DNA from: Patescibacteria group bacterium
GTDB taxonomy: Bacteria; Patescibacteriota; Patescibacteriia; JAXHNJ01
Assembly: GCA_041649715.1 (NCBI GenBank)
Contig: JBAZMP010000001.1
Location: 210,741 to 274,740 of the forward strand
Reading direction: 5' to 3'
DNA length: 64,000 nt
The translations under genes and the position numbers were made by a program. Numbering within the stretch: position 1 is the first letter of the stretch; every line of letters starts with the position of its first letter. The notes beneath the pieces are model-generated. The model did no database searches, had not been told where the DNA came from, and saw only the letters and a list, made by a program, of their open reading frames with translations. This document shows positions 25,711 to 36,539 of this stretch, one piece after another.

Positions 25711-27693
25711 ATGAATAATATGAACTTAAGGAACCGTTTAATTAAATTATCTCTCGTTTTTGTCCTGATGGCGGCCGGATTTATAATTATCGGCCGGGGC
25801 AAAGCCGTCCCGGCGGATCCGGGCCAGACTTTTCTCTCGCCGCAGCTGGCCACCCTGCTTGACCCGGCCGATCTTAATCTGGAAAGTGCAAAAAAAACCA
25901 GCTGGTTTGATAACATTATCCCGACCGCCCAGGCGGCTCCGCCTTTTAGCAATGATGGCTCTAATCCGAGAAAGCTGACCATTTACGGCGGGGTGCTGAC
26001 GATTGTCAACGGTACTTCAAACGTGACGCACGCCCTGGAAATCGGACAGGAACGCCTGGGGGCGCAATCCCTCGAAGGCAAGGGATTGGCTTTGGCGACC
26101 ACTGGTAATCTGTATCTTGTCCCCAATGCCTCACAGGATCTTTACGTCAGTCCGGAAAATCCTCCTCGCGATTTCGCCACCACCACCCTGAATTCCTTGT
26201 ATATCGGCGAAAGGCCCAATGAATCAAATCTAACCGTTGACCGAAGGGACTGGGAGGCGAAAGTCAATGCCAATAATAAAGTCGGCATTTACGCCAACAA
26301 CCCAGGCGCTGATTACGCCCTTTACGTCGAACAGCACTGGGCCAATAACCGCGGCGGCGGTGTGAACATTTACGCCGACAACAGCCCTTTAGCTACTTTA
26401 AGGGCGGTCAACCGCTACGGCAGCGGCTACAGCGGTTATTTTTTAGGGAAAACATATATCAGTAAACCATATAATAAAAGCGGATTGACCCCGCCGGAAC
26501 ATGAAGCCCTGACTGATTTCAACACCAATGCCACTTTGGTAGTGAGGAATAAAGAGGGTGGCAATATCGCCAATGATGATTTAAGTAAAGGCAGTCTCGG
26601 CGACGCTATCTATGCGATCGCTAACAGCGCCAATGCGGCTATCTCCGCCAGTCAGATCGGCACCGGCTACGCCGGGTATTTTTCCGGCCGGGTTTACGCA
26701 ACTCCGAAGCTGGTAGTTAATCGGGATGGGATTTTTGACCTCGGCACGGATAATGACGCGGTATATATTCGGGCGAATAACAACACTAGCGGCGTTACCG
26801 GGGCAGCTTTGCGAGTGGTTCAGGATTTTGCCGGGAGTCGAGCTGCTTGGTTTTCTGGCAACGTGTACATGTATAAAGGTTCAACGCTAGCCGGTCGGAC
26901 GGAATTAGAAGCCCGCAACGTAATGCTAAAAGTAAATACGTCAGAGGGCCGGGCGAATCTAGTTGGTATAACCAGCCTTGAATCAAAAGTTGGTGACGGC
27001 GGCACTGCGATAAAAGGTACTCTTGACACAGTTGCCGATGGCAAAGCCATCTCCGGAGAAGTGACATCCACTGTTCAAGATTCATCCAATCCTGGCATTT
27101 ATGCCGGTTATTTTAAATGTCCTTCAGGATTATTTACTTATACCAAGCGTTGCCAGGCGGGTTATTTTGAGGGCCCCGTTGGAGTATTTATACCCCCTTC
27201 TTACTCATTGGGAGCGACGACAACTGGTCTGAATATTCTTAATGCAGAATACCGCAGGCCCATAGGCCTTAACGTGGAAGTAGGCACTTCTTCCTGGACT
27301 TCTGACGGTCCTTTATATGGCATCCGCGTGGTGACTGGAAATCATGATAACAGCGGCGGCACTAATTTATATAATTACGGCATATGGTCTGAAGTCGGCA
27401 GCGCGGGCACGTCCGGCACTCGCGCCAGCTACGCTCTATACGCGAAAGCAACCGGGCTTTCTCATGTTGCCTATGCCGGTTATTTTGAGGGCGATGTCAA
27501 CGTGACCGGTAATTTAACCCACGCCGGTAATAAGGTATTGGACAGAAGTTGTTTTCTGACGAGTAATGAATATGGCGCAGGTATACAAAATCCCTGCCCA
27601 ATAGATTGCGGTGCTGGCAATACCGCTGTGAGCCGAGTCAATGTGTCTAGTTTTGATAATTATACCTGTGTCGCCATTTGTTGCCCGACTTAA
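25711..27693 (+). CDS. Large secreted protein with repeated YAGYF(E/S/L)G motifs and Cys-containing C-terminus
   Basis: 660 aa. N-terminal TM. At least five copies of G(Y)AGYFxG(x)V-like motifs. Confidence 0.55.
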   Translation: MNNMNLRNRLIKLSLVFVLMAAGFIIIGRGKAVPADPGQTFLSPQLATLLDPADLNLESAKKTSWFDNIIPTAQAAPPFSNDGSNPRKLTIYGGVLTIVNGTSNVTHALEIGQERLGAQSLEGKGLALATTGNLYLVPNASQDLYVSPENPPRDFATTTLNSLYIGERPNESNLTVDRRDWEAKVNANNKVGIYANNPGADYALYVEQHWANNRGGGVNIYADNSPLATLRAVNRYGSGYSGYFLGKTYISKPYNKSGLTPPEHEALTDFNTNATLVVRNKEGGNIANDDLSKGSLGDAIYAIANSANAAISASQIGTGYAGYFSGRVYATPKLVVNRDGIFDLGTDNDAVYIRANNNTSGVTGAALRVVQDFAGSRAAWFSGNVYMYKGSTLAGRTELEARNVMLKVNTSEGRANLVGITSLESKVGDGGTAIKGTLDTVADGKAISGEVTSTVQDSSNPGIYAGYFKCPSGLFTYTKRCQAGYFEGPVGVFIPPSYSLGATTTGLNILNAEYRRPIGLNVEVGTSSWTSDGPLYGIRVVTGNHDNSGGTNLYNYGIWSEVGSAGTSGTRASYALYAKATGLSHVAYAGYFEGDVNVTGNLTHAGNKVLDRSCFLTSNEYGAGIQNPCPIDCGAGNTAVSRVNVSSFDNYTCVAICCPT

Positions 27694-27731
27694 ATTTTGT
27701 CTTTGATTTATAAATAAGAAACAAATAGTAT

Positions 27732-30700
27732 TTGATGCCTAAGCTAATCCGCGAAAATCCCGCTTATTTCATCGTTCCGATTTTTGTCCTGATCATCGGC
27801 GCCGTGTTTTTTTTCGCGGAAAAAGGCGGCCAGGCCAAGGAGTGGGAGCGCCTGGCCTCGCCGGCCGGTTTCACCCAGGGTCGGCTTAGCGGTATTACCG
27901 CCTACTATGACACTTCTAGCAACCGTTTAATGCTTTGGGCGATGGGTGGCGGTTATATCGGGGGGGTATCCCACCCCTCTGGTATGCCGGACGTCGCAGC
28001 CATTCTTTCTTATGATAGCCTAAGTGGGGACTGGAAGGGCCTGCAAGCGAATAATTCCGGTTTGATAAACGCTGTTTCTAATTATGACCCTTTAAGCAAA
28101 TATACCTATGCGGTGGGAGACCAGGGAACAATCCTTATGAAAGTCAGTCTTACGAGTGAGTGGCAGATATATCACGAATATAACAATGGTTCAGGCTGGT
28201 TTCTTGACCCGTTGAATGGAGACATGTCTTACGCGACACCAATTCCCGTTGAGAATGATAACCTGACCGATGTCAGTTTTTATAGCTCTGGTGACAGCAG
28301 TAATTTTAGTGTTAATGCCTGGGCGACTGGCTATAACTATCAAACTAAAAAGGGAAATATCTTTAAAACAACCAGTTCTCTAGGGATAAAATGGGTAAAT
28401 GACCTAAGTAATGTTGGCTTTCCTTTGCTCGGCCTCCAAATGATTAAAGAGGGCACTAGTTGGGCGGTGGGGGCGAACCACACTATTTATAAGTATTCGG
28501 GGGGCGCTTGGACGGAATACACCGCGACTGATCTGTCTTCCTTAAACTTCGACTCTTGCACAGAAAGCGGCAATAATGACTTTTGCTCCGGAAATCCCTC
28601 ATGGTCGTGCGTCGCCGGTTCAGCTTTAGCCACCGAAGACTGCATCATCGATTTTGAGGATGTCTATTTTACCGATAATAGCCACGGCTGGATCCCGATC
28701 TCTAGCAAAAAATACCTTTATTATAATGGAGCCAGCTGGCAAATAAGGTCAACTCTCCGGCCAGGAAGCGAGCCGGAAGTAAAAATGCACGCGGTGGCCG
28801 GCGGTCTGGACAATAATGTCCCTTATATTTGGTTTTCCGGCCAGGCGGGCATGACTATTTTCGCTCCCAACGCCACGGAGGCTGTTGATCACTGGTTGCG
28901 GCAGTCAACGCCGAATCTAGACACCGGCCGTTTGAACAATCTTTTTGTCCTTGATTCAACCCATGCCTGGTCAGCCGGTTATTTTAATACGGCCGGTCAG
29001 CTGCTCAGCGATAATATAGTCCTGAAGCTTTCTTCGGGCAATACGGCCGGCTACGCATATATCGGGGCGGATAACTGCGAAAATACCTGTATTGATAGCG
29101 TTGCCGGCGGCGCCTGCCAAACTGATCCTTCCGCCATAAATTGTCCATCTTCCGGCCTGCCCCGTCAGGCGCCTTTGGGCTGGGTGAGTTTTAACTGCGT
29201 CAATAATGGATCCTGCGAAAGCAATCCCTTTATTTACGGCGTGGATTTGAAGAAAGAGACAGAAACGACGGATCCAAATGATTCCTGCGTTAACAAGGAT
29301 CCCGACCCCAGTTTTCAGGATAAAGACGTTGGCGCTCTTTCCGGTCAGGCCTGGCTCGGGGTGACCGATCCCGACGAACGCAGTGACGACACCTGCGCTT
29401 TAGACGTTTGTTCAAACAATAATCAGAAGTCTTGTGATGATGACGATGACTGCGCTTTGTGCGGGAATAACCCGGCGAGTTGTTTTTCCCCGGGCTGGCT
29501 TTCTTTCGACCGGAATGAAACCAGTAATCCACCCAGTTCGCCATATATAGCAACTATGTCGCCTTTTTATACGCCTTGCGGAAAACCTATCACTGTCTTT
29601 GATTACGAAAAATACGCCATGGCCTTTTTTAGTTATGAGGATTACGCCGTGAGAGGGTGGGGGAAGTTCAAGCTCGGGCAATGTTCTGGTAATTTAAGCA
29701 AGTCTTGTTATAAAGACGGGGATTGCGAGTCGGGCGATACCTGCAGATTTGATTTTAACGGTATTCATTACTGCAGTTTGGATAGCAGCCTAAGATGTTC
29801 GACTAGCGCTGAATGCGCGGCACAGGGCAAGGGCATTTGTGATCAAACCGCCCAAGGCTGGCTTAAATTAAGGGGCGGAAAAAATTACAGCCTCGACAGT
29901 CCCAATGGCGAGCCGCCTCCAATTACGGCGCCGACCAACCGGTATATTTACCATAATTGTAATGCCTGCACCTTAGTTGATCCCAATCTCGTCACGGCTT
30001 ACATGACCTGTAAAATCTGCGATGGCTTGAATATTGATGGCACGGCCGCAAATTACGCCTGTAATAAATGCGGTGAAGGCTCAAACAGGTGCGGCGACGG
30101 CCGTTGCGATAATAATACTTTAAAAGTCTGCGTTCAAAATTCAAATTCCAGCCTAGACTCTTGTAAGCCAGGAGGCACCTGCCAGCCAAGCGGTTATTGT
30201 TCCGCCGGCTCGGGAGCCCTGGCCTATAAACCTTGCGCCGCCAAAAATGGCCATTGCGGCACCGACGGCATTTGCCAGCGGGGTTATTGCTCGGCTGGAT
30301 CAAGCAACAGATATAATCCCTGTTATAATGATGAAGATTGTCCGAGTGGTTCGTCATCCGGCTACTGCGAAATTAAGAATCCGGTCACCTGCAATCAGTG
30401 CGCTTCCTGCGATGCTTACGGCGTTTCCGTGGATATCAATGCCGGTAATTTTTACGGCTACGCTTGGTCGGAGGATTTCGGCTGGGTGGATATGTCGCGC
30501 GTCACTTTGGGCGGGGCGGCCTGGTTGCAGACGCTCTTCGGCGATATTTACGGCCAGCAAGGGGTGGGTTCGACGAAGACGGCGAAAGCGCCGTGCGCGG
30601 CAAACACCTATAACGCCACTTATTTGATTTTAGCCGGTGAGGCCGGCAAGATTGTTAACTTCTGTACCGAGTCTATTTCTTCTTCGGCTGAAGGGGAAAG

Positions 30701-31427
30701 CAACAGATTGGTTCCTTCCGTCGGTCAGCCGCAGTCTACGGCAAACCCTTGGCTGGTGGAGCAATATCGTAAATTTACCCTGCCGAATGCCAGCTTGCCC
30801 AATAGTATCCTTGGCCGGGTGGATTATAATAATATGAAAAAAGATTGCGGCGCGCTCGGCACATATTATGACGGAGATCTGACTTTGATCGGGGGCACGT
30901 ATTTTGATATTGCCAACGGATTAGCCGGCAAGACTTATTGTGTTCGTAAAGCGGAGGGTCACAACGGTGATTTTACTATCTCTATTCCCCTGACCTTTAA
31001 TAATGCCAAAAATACGGTTACCGACGGTTCGGGACTTTTTGTCGTTGACGGCAATTTAAATATCCAAAACAATATAAAATATATGGATAATGAAGCGGCC
31101 ATAACCAATCTGAAAAAATTAGCTTCGGTCGCCTTTTACGTCAAAGGAGATATCTATATCAGCCCGACGGTTGACACCCTTGTCGGCACCTATTATGCGG
31201 AAGGAAAAATAATCACCCAAAGCATGGGTTCCGCCGATAAAAAACTGACGGTTTACGGGACAATGATTGCCCGCGAGTTTGATCTTGGCAGGCGGTATAA
31301 AGGTACGATCTCCAATCCTCAGCCCTCAGAGCTCTTTATTTATGACGGACGCGTGCAACTGAATCCGCCGCCGGGTTTCCGGGATTTAAGTCAGTCTTTG
31401 CCGAAAATAACAGATGTTTCTCTTTAG
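27732..31427 (+). CDS. Giant secreted Cys-rich surface protein
   Basis: 1231 aa. N-terminal TM. More than 70 Cys in CxxC/CxDxxC-like spacings. No enzymatic motif recognised. Confidence 0.55.
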   Translation: MMPKLIRENPAYFIVPIFVLIIGAVFFFAEKGGQAKEWERLASPAGFTQGRLSGITAYYDTSSNRLMLWAMGGGYIGGVSHPSGMPDVAAILSYDSLSGDWKGLQANNSGLINAVSNYDPLSKYTYAVGDQGTILMKVSLTSEWQIYHEYNNGSGWFLDPLNGDMSYATPIPVENDNLTDVSFYSSGDSSNFSVNAWATGYNYQTKKGNIFKTTSSLGIKWVNDLSNVGFPLLGLQMIKEGTSWAVGANHTIYKYSGGAWTEYTATDLSSLNFDSCTESGNNDFCSGNPSWSCVAGSALATEDCIIDFEDVYFTDNSHGWIPISSKKYLYYNGASWQIRSTLRPGSEPEVKMHAVAGGLDNNVPYIWFSGQAGMTIFAPNATEAVDHWLRQSTPNLDTGRLNNLFVLDSTHAWSAGYFNTAGQLLSDNIVLKLSSGNTAGYAYIGADNCENTCIDSVAGGACQTDPSAINCPSSGLPRQAPLGWVSFNCVNNGSCESNPFIYGVDLKKETETTDPNDSCVNKDPDPSFQDKDVGALSGQAWLGVTDPDERSDDTCALDVCSNNNQKSCDDDDDCALCGNNPASCFSPGWLSFDRNETSNPPSSPYIATMSPFYTPCGKPITVFDYEKYAMAFFSYEDYAVRGWGKFKLGQCSGNLSKSCYKDGDCESGDTCRFDFNGIHYCSLDSSLRCSTSAECAAQGKGICDQTAQGWLKLRGGKNYSLDSPNGEPPPITAPTNRYIYHNCNACTLVDPNLVTAYMTCKICDGLNIDGTAANYACNKCGEGSNRCGDGRCDNNTLKVCVQNSNSSLDSCKPGGTCQPSGYCSAGSGALAYKPCAAKNGHCGTDGICQRGYCSAGSSNRYNPCYNDEDCPSGSSSGYCEIKNPVTCNQCASCDAYGVSVDINAGNFYGYAWSEDFGWVDMSRVTLGGAAWLQTLFGDIYGQQGVGSTKTAKAPCAANTYNATYLILAGEAGKIVNFCTESISSSAEGESNRLVPSVGQPQSTANPWLVEQYRKFTLPNASLPNSILGRVDYNNMKKDCGALGTYYDGDLTLIGGTYFDIANGLAGKTYCVRKAEGHNGDFTISIPLTFNNAKNTVTDGSGLFVVDGNLNIQNNIKYMDNEAAITNLKKLASVAFYVKGDIYISPTVDTLVGTYYAEGKIITQSMGSADKKLTVYGTMIAREFDLGRRYKGTISNPQPSELFIYDGRVQLNPPPGFRDLSQSLPKITDVSL

Positions 31428-31432
31428 GCCCC

Positions 31433-31461
31433 TTGTAAAAGTCAAAAAAATCTGTTATAAT
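31433..31461 (+). promoter_or_regulatory. Sigma70-like promoter upstream of pilM
   Basis: TTGTAA, 17-nt spacer, TATAAT. About 45 nt upstream of the pilM start. Confidence 0.4.
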
Positions 31462-31508
31462 ATAGGAGTACCTGTGATAAATAACAAAAATATAAACTAA
31501 ATCACCAT

Positions 31509-32594
31509 ATGGCCCTTTTTGGGGGTAAGAAAAGTTATCTTGGTCTGGATTTAGGCACTTCTTCCATAAAATTAGTGGAATTGGCCGCTTTTGGCACCGA
31601 GCCGCGGCTTTTGACCTATGGATTTATTGAAGAGCCGACGGACATGGTAAAAAGCGACTCGGAGCTGGCTCGGGGTCGTCTGGTCAGTTTTTTGAAACAA
31701 TTGATCAAAAAAACCAAGGTTGGGTCCAATAAAGTGGTGGCCGCTTTGCCCTCCTTTACCGTATTTTCCTCCATTATCTCCCTGCCGGCCATGTCTAAGA
31801 AAGATTTGAACGCGGCCGTGCGCTGGGAAGCGAAAAAATTCGTGCCCATGCCTCTGGAAGAAATGGTTTTGGACTGGCGGCTTCTCAAGGAGACGACAGG
31901 CGAAAAGGGCGGAGCGATGGCGGCCATGTCCATGAGATCAAGGGAAATGATCAAGAATTACCGTATCTTGCTGACCGCCGCCCCGAAAAATCTGGTCAAG
32001 CGCTATATTGAGTTATTCAAAGCCTTAAATCTGACCATCGTTAGTCTGGAAACCGAGGCTTTTGCCCTGGAAAGATCGCTGATCGGTTCCGATCCCTCGC
32101 CGATGATGATCGTGGATATCGGAGCGCTGGCCAGCGATATCAGCGTTATCTACGAAGGCGTGCCGATTTTAAACCGCGGCATTGATATCGGCGGAGAAAC
32201 GATTACCCGGGCGGTGGCGAATGCCCTGAATATTGATCTGGAAAGAGCCGAACAATTCAAGCGCGATTTTGGCTTGTCCGCCGGTTCCGGCGCGCAGGGT
32301 CAAATTCCCAAGACCATTGAATTTGTCCTTTCCTCTCTGATCAACGAGATCAGGCACGTTTTCACCCTCTACCGCAACGTGGAGGAAGCGCCGATTGAAA
32401 AAATCGTCTTGTCCGGCGGCTCGGCCTTTCTGCCCCAATTGCCGGAATATTTATCCCGTCTTTTCAACATTAAAGTGATTATCGGTGATCCCTGGTCAAG
32501 GATCGCTTACCCGGCGGAACTAAAGCCGGCCCTGGAAGAAATAGGGCCCCGATTTTCCGTGGCCGCCGGTCTGGCCATGCGGGAAATAATTTAA
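31509..32594 (+). CDS. pilM: Type IV pilus assembly protein PilM
   Basis: 361 aa. Actin-like ATPase fold signature LGLDLGTSSIKLVEL. PilM length. Confidence 0.85.
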   Translation: MALFGGKKSYLGLDLGTSSIKLVELAAFGTEPRLLTYGFIEEPTDMVKSDSELARGRLVSFLKQLIKKTKVGSNKVVAALPSFTVFSSIISLPAMSKKDLNAAVRWEAKKFVPMPLEEMVLDWRLLKETTGEKGGAMAAMSMRSREMIKNYRILLTAAPKNLVKRYIELFKALNLTIVSLETEAFALERSLIGSDPSPMMIVDIGALASDISVIYEGVPILNRGIDIGGETITRAVANALNIDLERAEQFKRDFGLSAGSGAQGQIPKTIEFVLSSLINEIRHVFTLYRNVEEAPIEKIVLSGGSAFLPQLPEYLSRLFNIKVIIGDPWSRIAYPAELKPALEEIGPRFSVAAGLAMREII

Positions 32595-32609
32595 ACCCAA
32601 CGATTTTTT

Positions 32610-33752
32610 ATGCCAGATATTAATTTACTAAAAGACACTCTCGCTTCGCAAGAAGAAAGAAGGAAAAAGGAGGTTTTCTCTTCCCCGGCTTTTAAAAGAC
32701 CCGAAGCCCCTCCCGAGCCTCCCGAGAACCAGCCAAAAAGTTCTTCGTTTTTTTCTTCTATTAAAAAGATTTTCTCCGGTAAGCGGCGAGATGAGGATGA
32801 AGTGACCGTGGCGCCCCTGATCAAGGCTTCAACCTACCAGCGGGAAGAATTTATGAGGACCAAAGCGACCGGTAAAGCCAAGGAGGGAAACGGCAGCCCC
32901 GAGGATATTTTTGCCGAAAAAATAACAGAGGGGGGAAATAAGCCGTTTGTTCCGCTGGCCGAGATAGTTCCGCCCGAAGAAAATATTCCGCTAAAGGCAG
33001 ATAAGAAAACGAAAAAAGAAGAAATAGAAGAGGGAAGCGGTTCATTCCTCGTCAATCTCCTGCCGGAAGAACTTATTGGCCAGGAAGCGCCGCGACAGAA
33101 ATTGATAGTTATGAGCGTTTCTTTTTTGGCCGCCGTTATGCTGATCGCGCTGGTCTATTATGTTTTATTGTTCTATCAATCAAGCATAGAAACTAAGACC
33201 GCCGAGGTGAAAACGCAAAAAATCGAGGTGACCGGTGAAATCAGTAAATATGAGAATCTCCAGAAAGAATCCATCGCTTTTAAGGGGAAAATTGACGCCG
33301 TAAGCGATCTTTTAGATACTCACATATACTGGACAAAATTTTTCGAAAAATTGGAAAACAATACCCTGCCGGACGTTTATTACAGCGGAGTTTTTAACGC
33401 CTCCAACTCCACGGTTTTATCCCTTAAAGCGGTGGCACCGGATTTTGAAACGGTGGCGAAACAGCTTTTAGTTTTTCAGAACGCGACGGATTTTGCGACG
33501 GCGGCGGAAATTACCTCGGCTCGGCGGGTGGCGGCCACTTCTTCTTCAAGTGTTTTAGCCCCGGGCGTGGTTATCGCCAGTCAGGTGGAATTTGACATTG
33601 ACCTGGTCTTAAATCCGGCAATTTTCTATAGAACCGAAAATGAGCCAGGCGAAAACACCAATACTAACAGTAATCCCCTGAATAACGCTAACGCGAATAT
33701 TAACGTCAATACTAACGTAAATTCAGCCTCTAATACTAATACTGTAAAATAG
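32610..33752 (+). CDS. pilN: PilN-like fimbrial assembly protein with low-complexity extensions
   Basis: 380 aa. N-terminal INLLK motif. Single TM (LIVMSVSFLAAVMLIALVYYVLLFY). Asn-rich C-terminal tail. Confidence 0.55.
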   Translation: MPDINLLKDTLASQEERRKKEVFSSPAFKRPEAPPEPPENQPKSSSFFSSIKKIFSGKRRDEDEVTVAPLIKASTYQREEFMRTKATGKAKEGNGSPEDIFAEKITEGGNKPFVPLAEIVPPEENIPLKADKKTKKEEIEEGSGSFLVNLLPEELIGQEAPRQKLIVMSVSFLAAVMLIALVYYVLLFYQSSIETKTAEVKTQKIEVTGEISKYENLQKESIAFKGKIDAVSDLLDTHIYWTKFFEKLENNTLPDVYYSGVFNASNSTVLSLKAVAPDFETVAKQLLVFQNATDFATAAEITSARRVAATSSSSVLAPGVVIASQVEFDIDLVLNPAIFYRTENEPGENTNTNSNPLNNANANINVNTNVNSASNTNTVK

Positions 33753-33765
33753 TTCTCTTTAGGTT

Positions 33766-34431
33766 ATGACATTTAATTTTTCCGCAATAACTTCAAAATT
33801 GAAAAACCTGGTAAGCAAGTATTTTCGTTTTATACTTGTGATAATTATCGCTATTGTCTTGATTATCGGCTACACTTCAGTGATAAAGCCGAAGTGGTCC
33901 GAGATACAGCAAGCCGGTATTTTCGACTACAATAAGGAGAAAAAAAGTTTGGAGGAAAACAATCAGTACCTTGATCGCCTTAAAGCCTCTTTGGAAAAAT
34001 ATAATGGCATCAATAAAGCGGAAGTGGACAAGATCAGCCGGATTATCCCTTCAAGTGATTCCGTGTCCGATCTGTTCGTCCTTTTTGAAGAATTGGCCAA
34101 GACCAGCGATCTAAATTTGGACAGTATCAACATCTCATCGGCAAAAAGCCTTACCGGGGAGTCAAGCACGCCGACCGGAACTTCGCCGACCACGGAGGTG
34201 AAGGCAGTCACCCCCGCTTCAAAGAATATTTACGTTCAGGATATTGCTCTTCATCTTTCCGGGGCGAAAAATTACGAGAATCTAAAAGAATTCCTGGAGA
34301 TTTTAGAAAAGGAAATGAGACTTATTGACGTTACTTCTTTGAGCTTTGACTCCAAAAATTTTGAAAACAATGAATCTGAAAGCGATATCAGTCTGAATTT
34401 AAAGACCTATAACTATCAGGAAAAAGAATAA
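33766..34431 (+). CDS. pilO: PilO-like pilus assembly protein
   Basis: 221 aa. TM followed by a coiled-coil region. Sits at the PilO position in the locus. Confidence 0.45.
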   Translation: MTFNFSAITSKLKNLVSKYFRFILVIIIAIVLIIGYTSVIKPKWSEIQQAGIFDYNKEKKSLEENNQYLDRLKASLEKYNGINKAEVDKISRIIPSSDSVSDLFVLFEELAKTSDLNLDSINISSAKSLTGESSTPTGTSPTTEVKAVTPASKNIYVQDIALHLSGAKNYENLKEFLEILEKEMRLIDVTSLSFDSKNFENNESESDISLNLKTYNYQEKE

Positions 34432-34437
34432 TTTTAT

Positions 34438-34725
34438 ATGGCTTTAGTCAGGAAAAAAAACTATAAGAAAATGGTCGTCTATGCGGTGATATTGGTTATC
34501 ATGATTATTGTCGGCGTTTATTTTCTTATTAATTCTACGGCTAACCCGGCTAATACGAATACCGGTGTCGGAAGCATTCCTACCGGTTACTTGCCCATCG
34601 TCAGCGATTATGGGCAGGATTTGTTCACGGACCGGGATTATCAAGATTTGGAAGATTTCGCCGGCAGTAAATTACCGCTTGATCCTGACAGTATTCAAAA
34701 AGGAAGAGAAAATCCTTTTAAATAA
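34438..34725 (+). CDS. Small membrane-anchored protein (PilP position)
   Basis: 95 aa. Single N-terminal TM. Confidence 0.35.
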   Translation: MALVRKKNYKKMVVYAVILVIMIIVGVYFLINSTANPANTNTGVGSIPTGYLPIVSDYGQDLFTDRDYQDLEDFAGSKLPLDPDSIQKGRENPFK

Positions 34726-34742
34726 TTTTTTTATAGCTTAAA

Positions 34743-36509
34743 ATGTCGGTTAATTATAAAAATTCGGGCAATTCGGCTCCGGAAGACGAACTTCTGGAGT
34801 TTTTACTGCAGGGAAAGTTGATCAACCGGACGCAGTATGAAGAGATAAAAAACGAGATGGCAAAAAGCAACCGGCCGTCAGATAAGATCATTGAAGAAAA
34901 AAAATTGGTCCGCGAGGATGATCTTTATCAGATCAAGTCAAAGATTTATAATTTGCCCTATCTGGATCTCTTCGGCCGGATCGTACGGGCCGAGGTTCTG
35001 AACATAATTCCTAAAGAACTGGCGGAAAATTATCGAATGGTCGCTTTCAATAAGTCTGACCAGGAATTAAGCGTGGCTATGGTGGAACCGACCAATTTCC
35101 GGGCCCTGGAAGCAATCGAGTTTATCGCCCGCAAAAACCACTTTAAGATCAAATATTACATCACTTCGCCCTCTTCTCTTAAATATATCCTTCGGCAGTA
35201 TGAAACGCTTTCCGCCGAAGTCGAAGAAGCCCTGCAGGGGGCCGAAACGGAAGCCATGGAGGTTAAGGAGATATCTTTGGCGGAAGAGGGTCTGGAGGAA
35301 GTGGTCAAAACCGCGCCGGTTTCCAAGATGGTTTCCGTCATATTAAGGCACGCGGTCGAGGGCAAGGCCTCGGATGTTCACATCGAGCCATTCGGGGCGG
35401 AGACACGGGTGCGCTATCGTATTGACGGTATTCTGCACACTTCGTTGATTTTACCCCGTCACGTTCATTCCGCCATTGTCGCCCGCATAAAAGTATTATC
35501 CAACCTGAAAATTGATGAAACGCGCGTGCCGCAGGACGGCCGCTTTAAGATGACTTACGAGGGCCGAGATGTCGATTACCGTATTTCCACCCTGCCTTTG
35601 ATCAATAACGAAAAAGTGGTGATGCGTATCTTGGATACCACGTCGAGCATGAGCAATCTGGCCGATCTTGGTTTCTGGGGCAAGTCGATGGAGATTATGA
35701 AAGCGAATATCGATAAATCACACGGCATGTTCCTTATCACTGGTCCCACCGGTAGCGGAAAATCCACCACTCTTTACGCCTTGATGAGCATATTAAATCA
35801 GGAAGAGGTCAATATCATCACTCTTGAAGATCCCGTGGAATACTATATGAAAGGCGTTAATCAAAGCCAGGTGAATCCGGAAGTGGGGCTGACTTTTGCC
35901 GCCGGCTTGCGGTCTATCTTGCGCCAGGATCCGGATATCATCATGGTCGGTGAGGTCCGGGACAATGAAACAGCCGAACTCGGCGTGCACGCCGCTTTGA
36001 CCGGGCATATTGTCCTTTCCACCCTGCACACCAATGACGCCATGGGGGCGGTTCCCCGGATGATCGATATGAAAGTGGAGCCCTTTTTGCTCACGTCTTC
36101 CGTGAACCTGATCATGGCCCAGCGTCTGGTGCGCCGCATCTGCCCCCATTGCAAAAAAGAAATTACCCTGGCTTCAACCCTGGAAGATGAGGTTATGGAG
36201 GAATTAAAAGTTATTCCCAAGGAGCATCAACCCACTGATATTAAATTGGTCAGACCATTTAAGATGTTCATGGGGCAAGGCTGCGTCCGGTGCGACAATA
36301 CCGGATATAAAGGCAGAATCGCCATTTGTGAGGTTTTGGAAATCAACGAACGGATGAAGAAGATAATTCTTGAGGGAGGCGACATGGTCCTTAAGATAAG
36401 GGAAGAATTCTTGAAACAGGGCAATTATTTTATGAGACAAGACGGTATTGTTAAGGCTTTCCGGGGATTGACCACCATTGAAGAAGTTTGGGACGCGACC
36501 CGATCTTAG
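34743..36509 (+). CDS. pilB: Type IV pilus assembly ATPase PilB (GspE family)
   Basis: 588 aa. N-terminal GspII-like domain. Walker A ITGPTGSGKSTTLYA. Asp box DIIMVGEVRDNETA. His box GHIVLSTLHTND. Tetracysteine CPHC...CVRC. Confidence 0.9.
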   Translation: MSVNYKNSGNSAPEDELLEFLLQGKLINRTQYEEIKNEMAKSNRPSDKIIEEKKLVREDDLYQIKSKIYNLPYLDLFGRIVRAEVLNIIPKELAENYRMVAFNKSDQELSVAMVEPTNFRALEAIEFIARKNHFKIKYYITSPSSLKYILRQYETLSAEVEEALQGAETEAMEVKEISLAEEGLEEVVKTAPVSKMVSVILRHAVEGKASDVHIEPFGAETRVRYRIDGILHTSLILPRHVHSAIVARIKVLSNLKIDETRVPQDGRFKMTYEGRDVDYRISTLPLINNEKVVMRILDTTSSMSNLADLGFWGKSMEIMKANIDKSHGMFLITGPTGSGKSTTLYALMSILNQEEVNIITLEDPVEYYMKGVNQSQVNPEVGLTFAAGLRSILRQDPDIIMVGEVRDNETAELGVHAALTGHIVLSTLHTNDAMGAVPRMIDMKVEPFLLTSSVNLIMAQRLVRRICPHCKKEITLASTLEDEVMEELKVIPKEHQPTDIKLVRPFKMFMGQGCVRCDNTGYKGRIAICEVLEINERMKKIILEGGDMVLKIREEFLKQGNYFMRQDGIVKAFRGLTTIEEVWDATRS

Positions 36510-36539
36510 TCTCCCCAAAAAGTTAAAAAATTAATTTTT

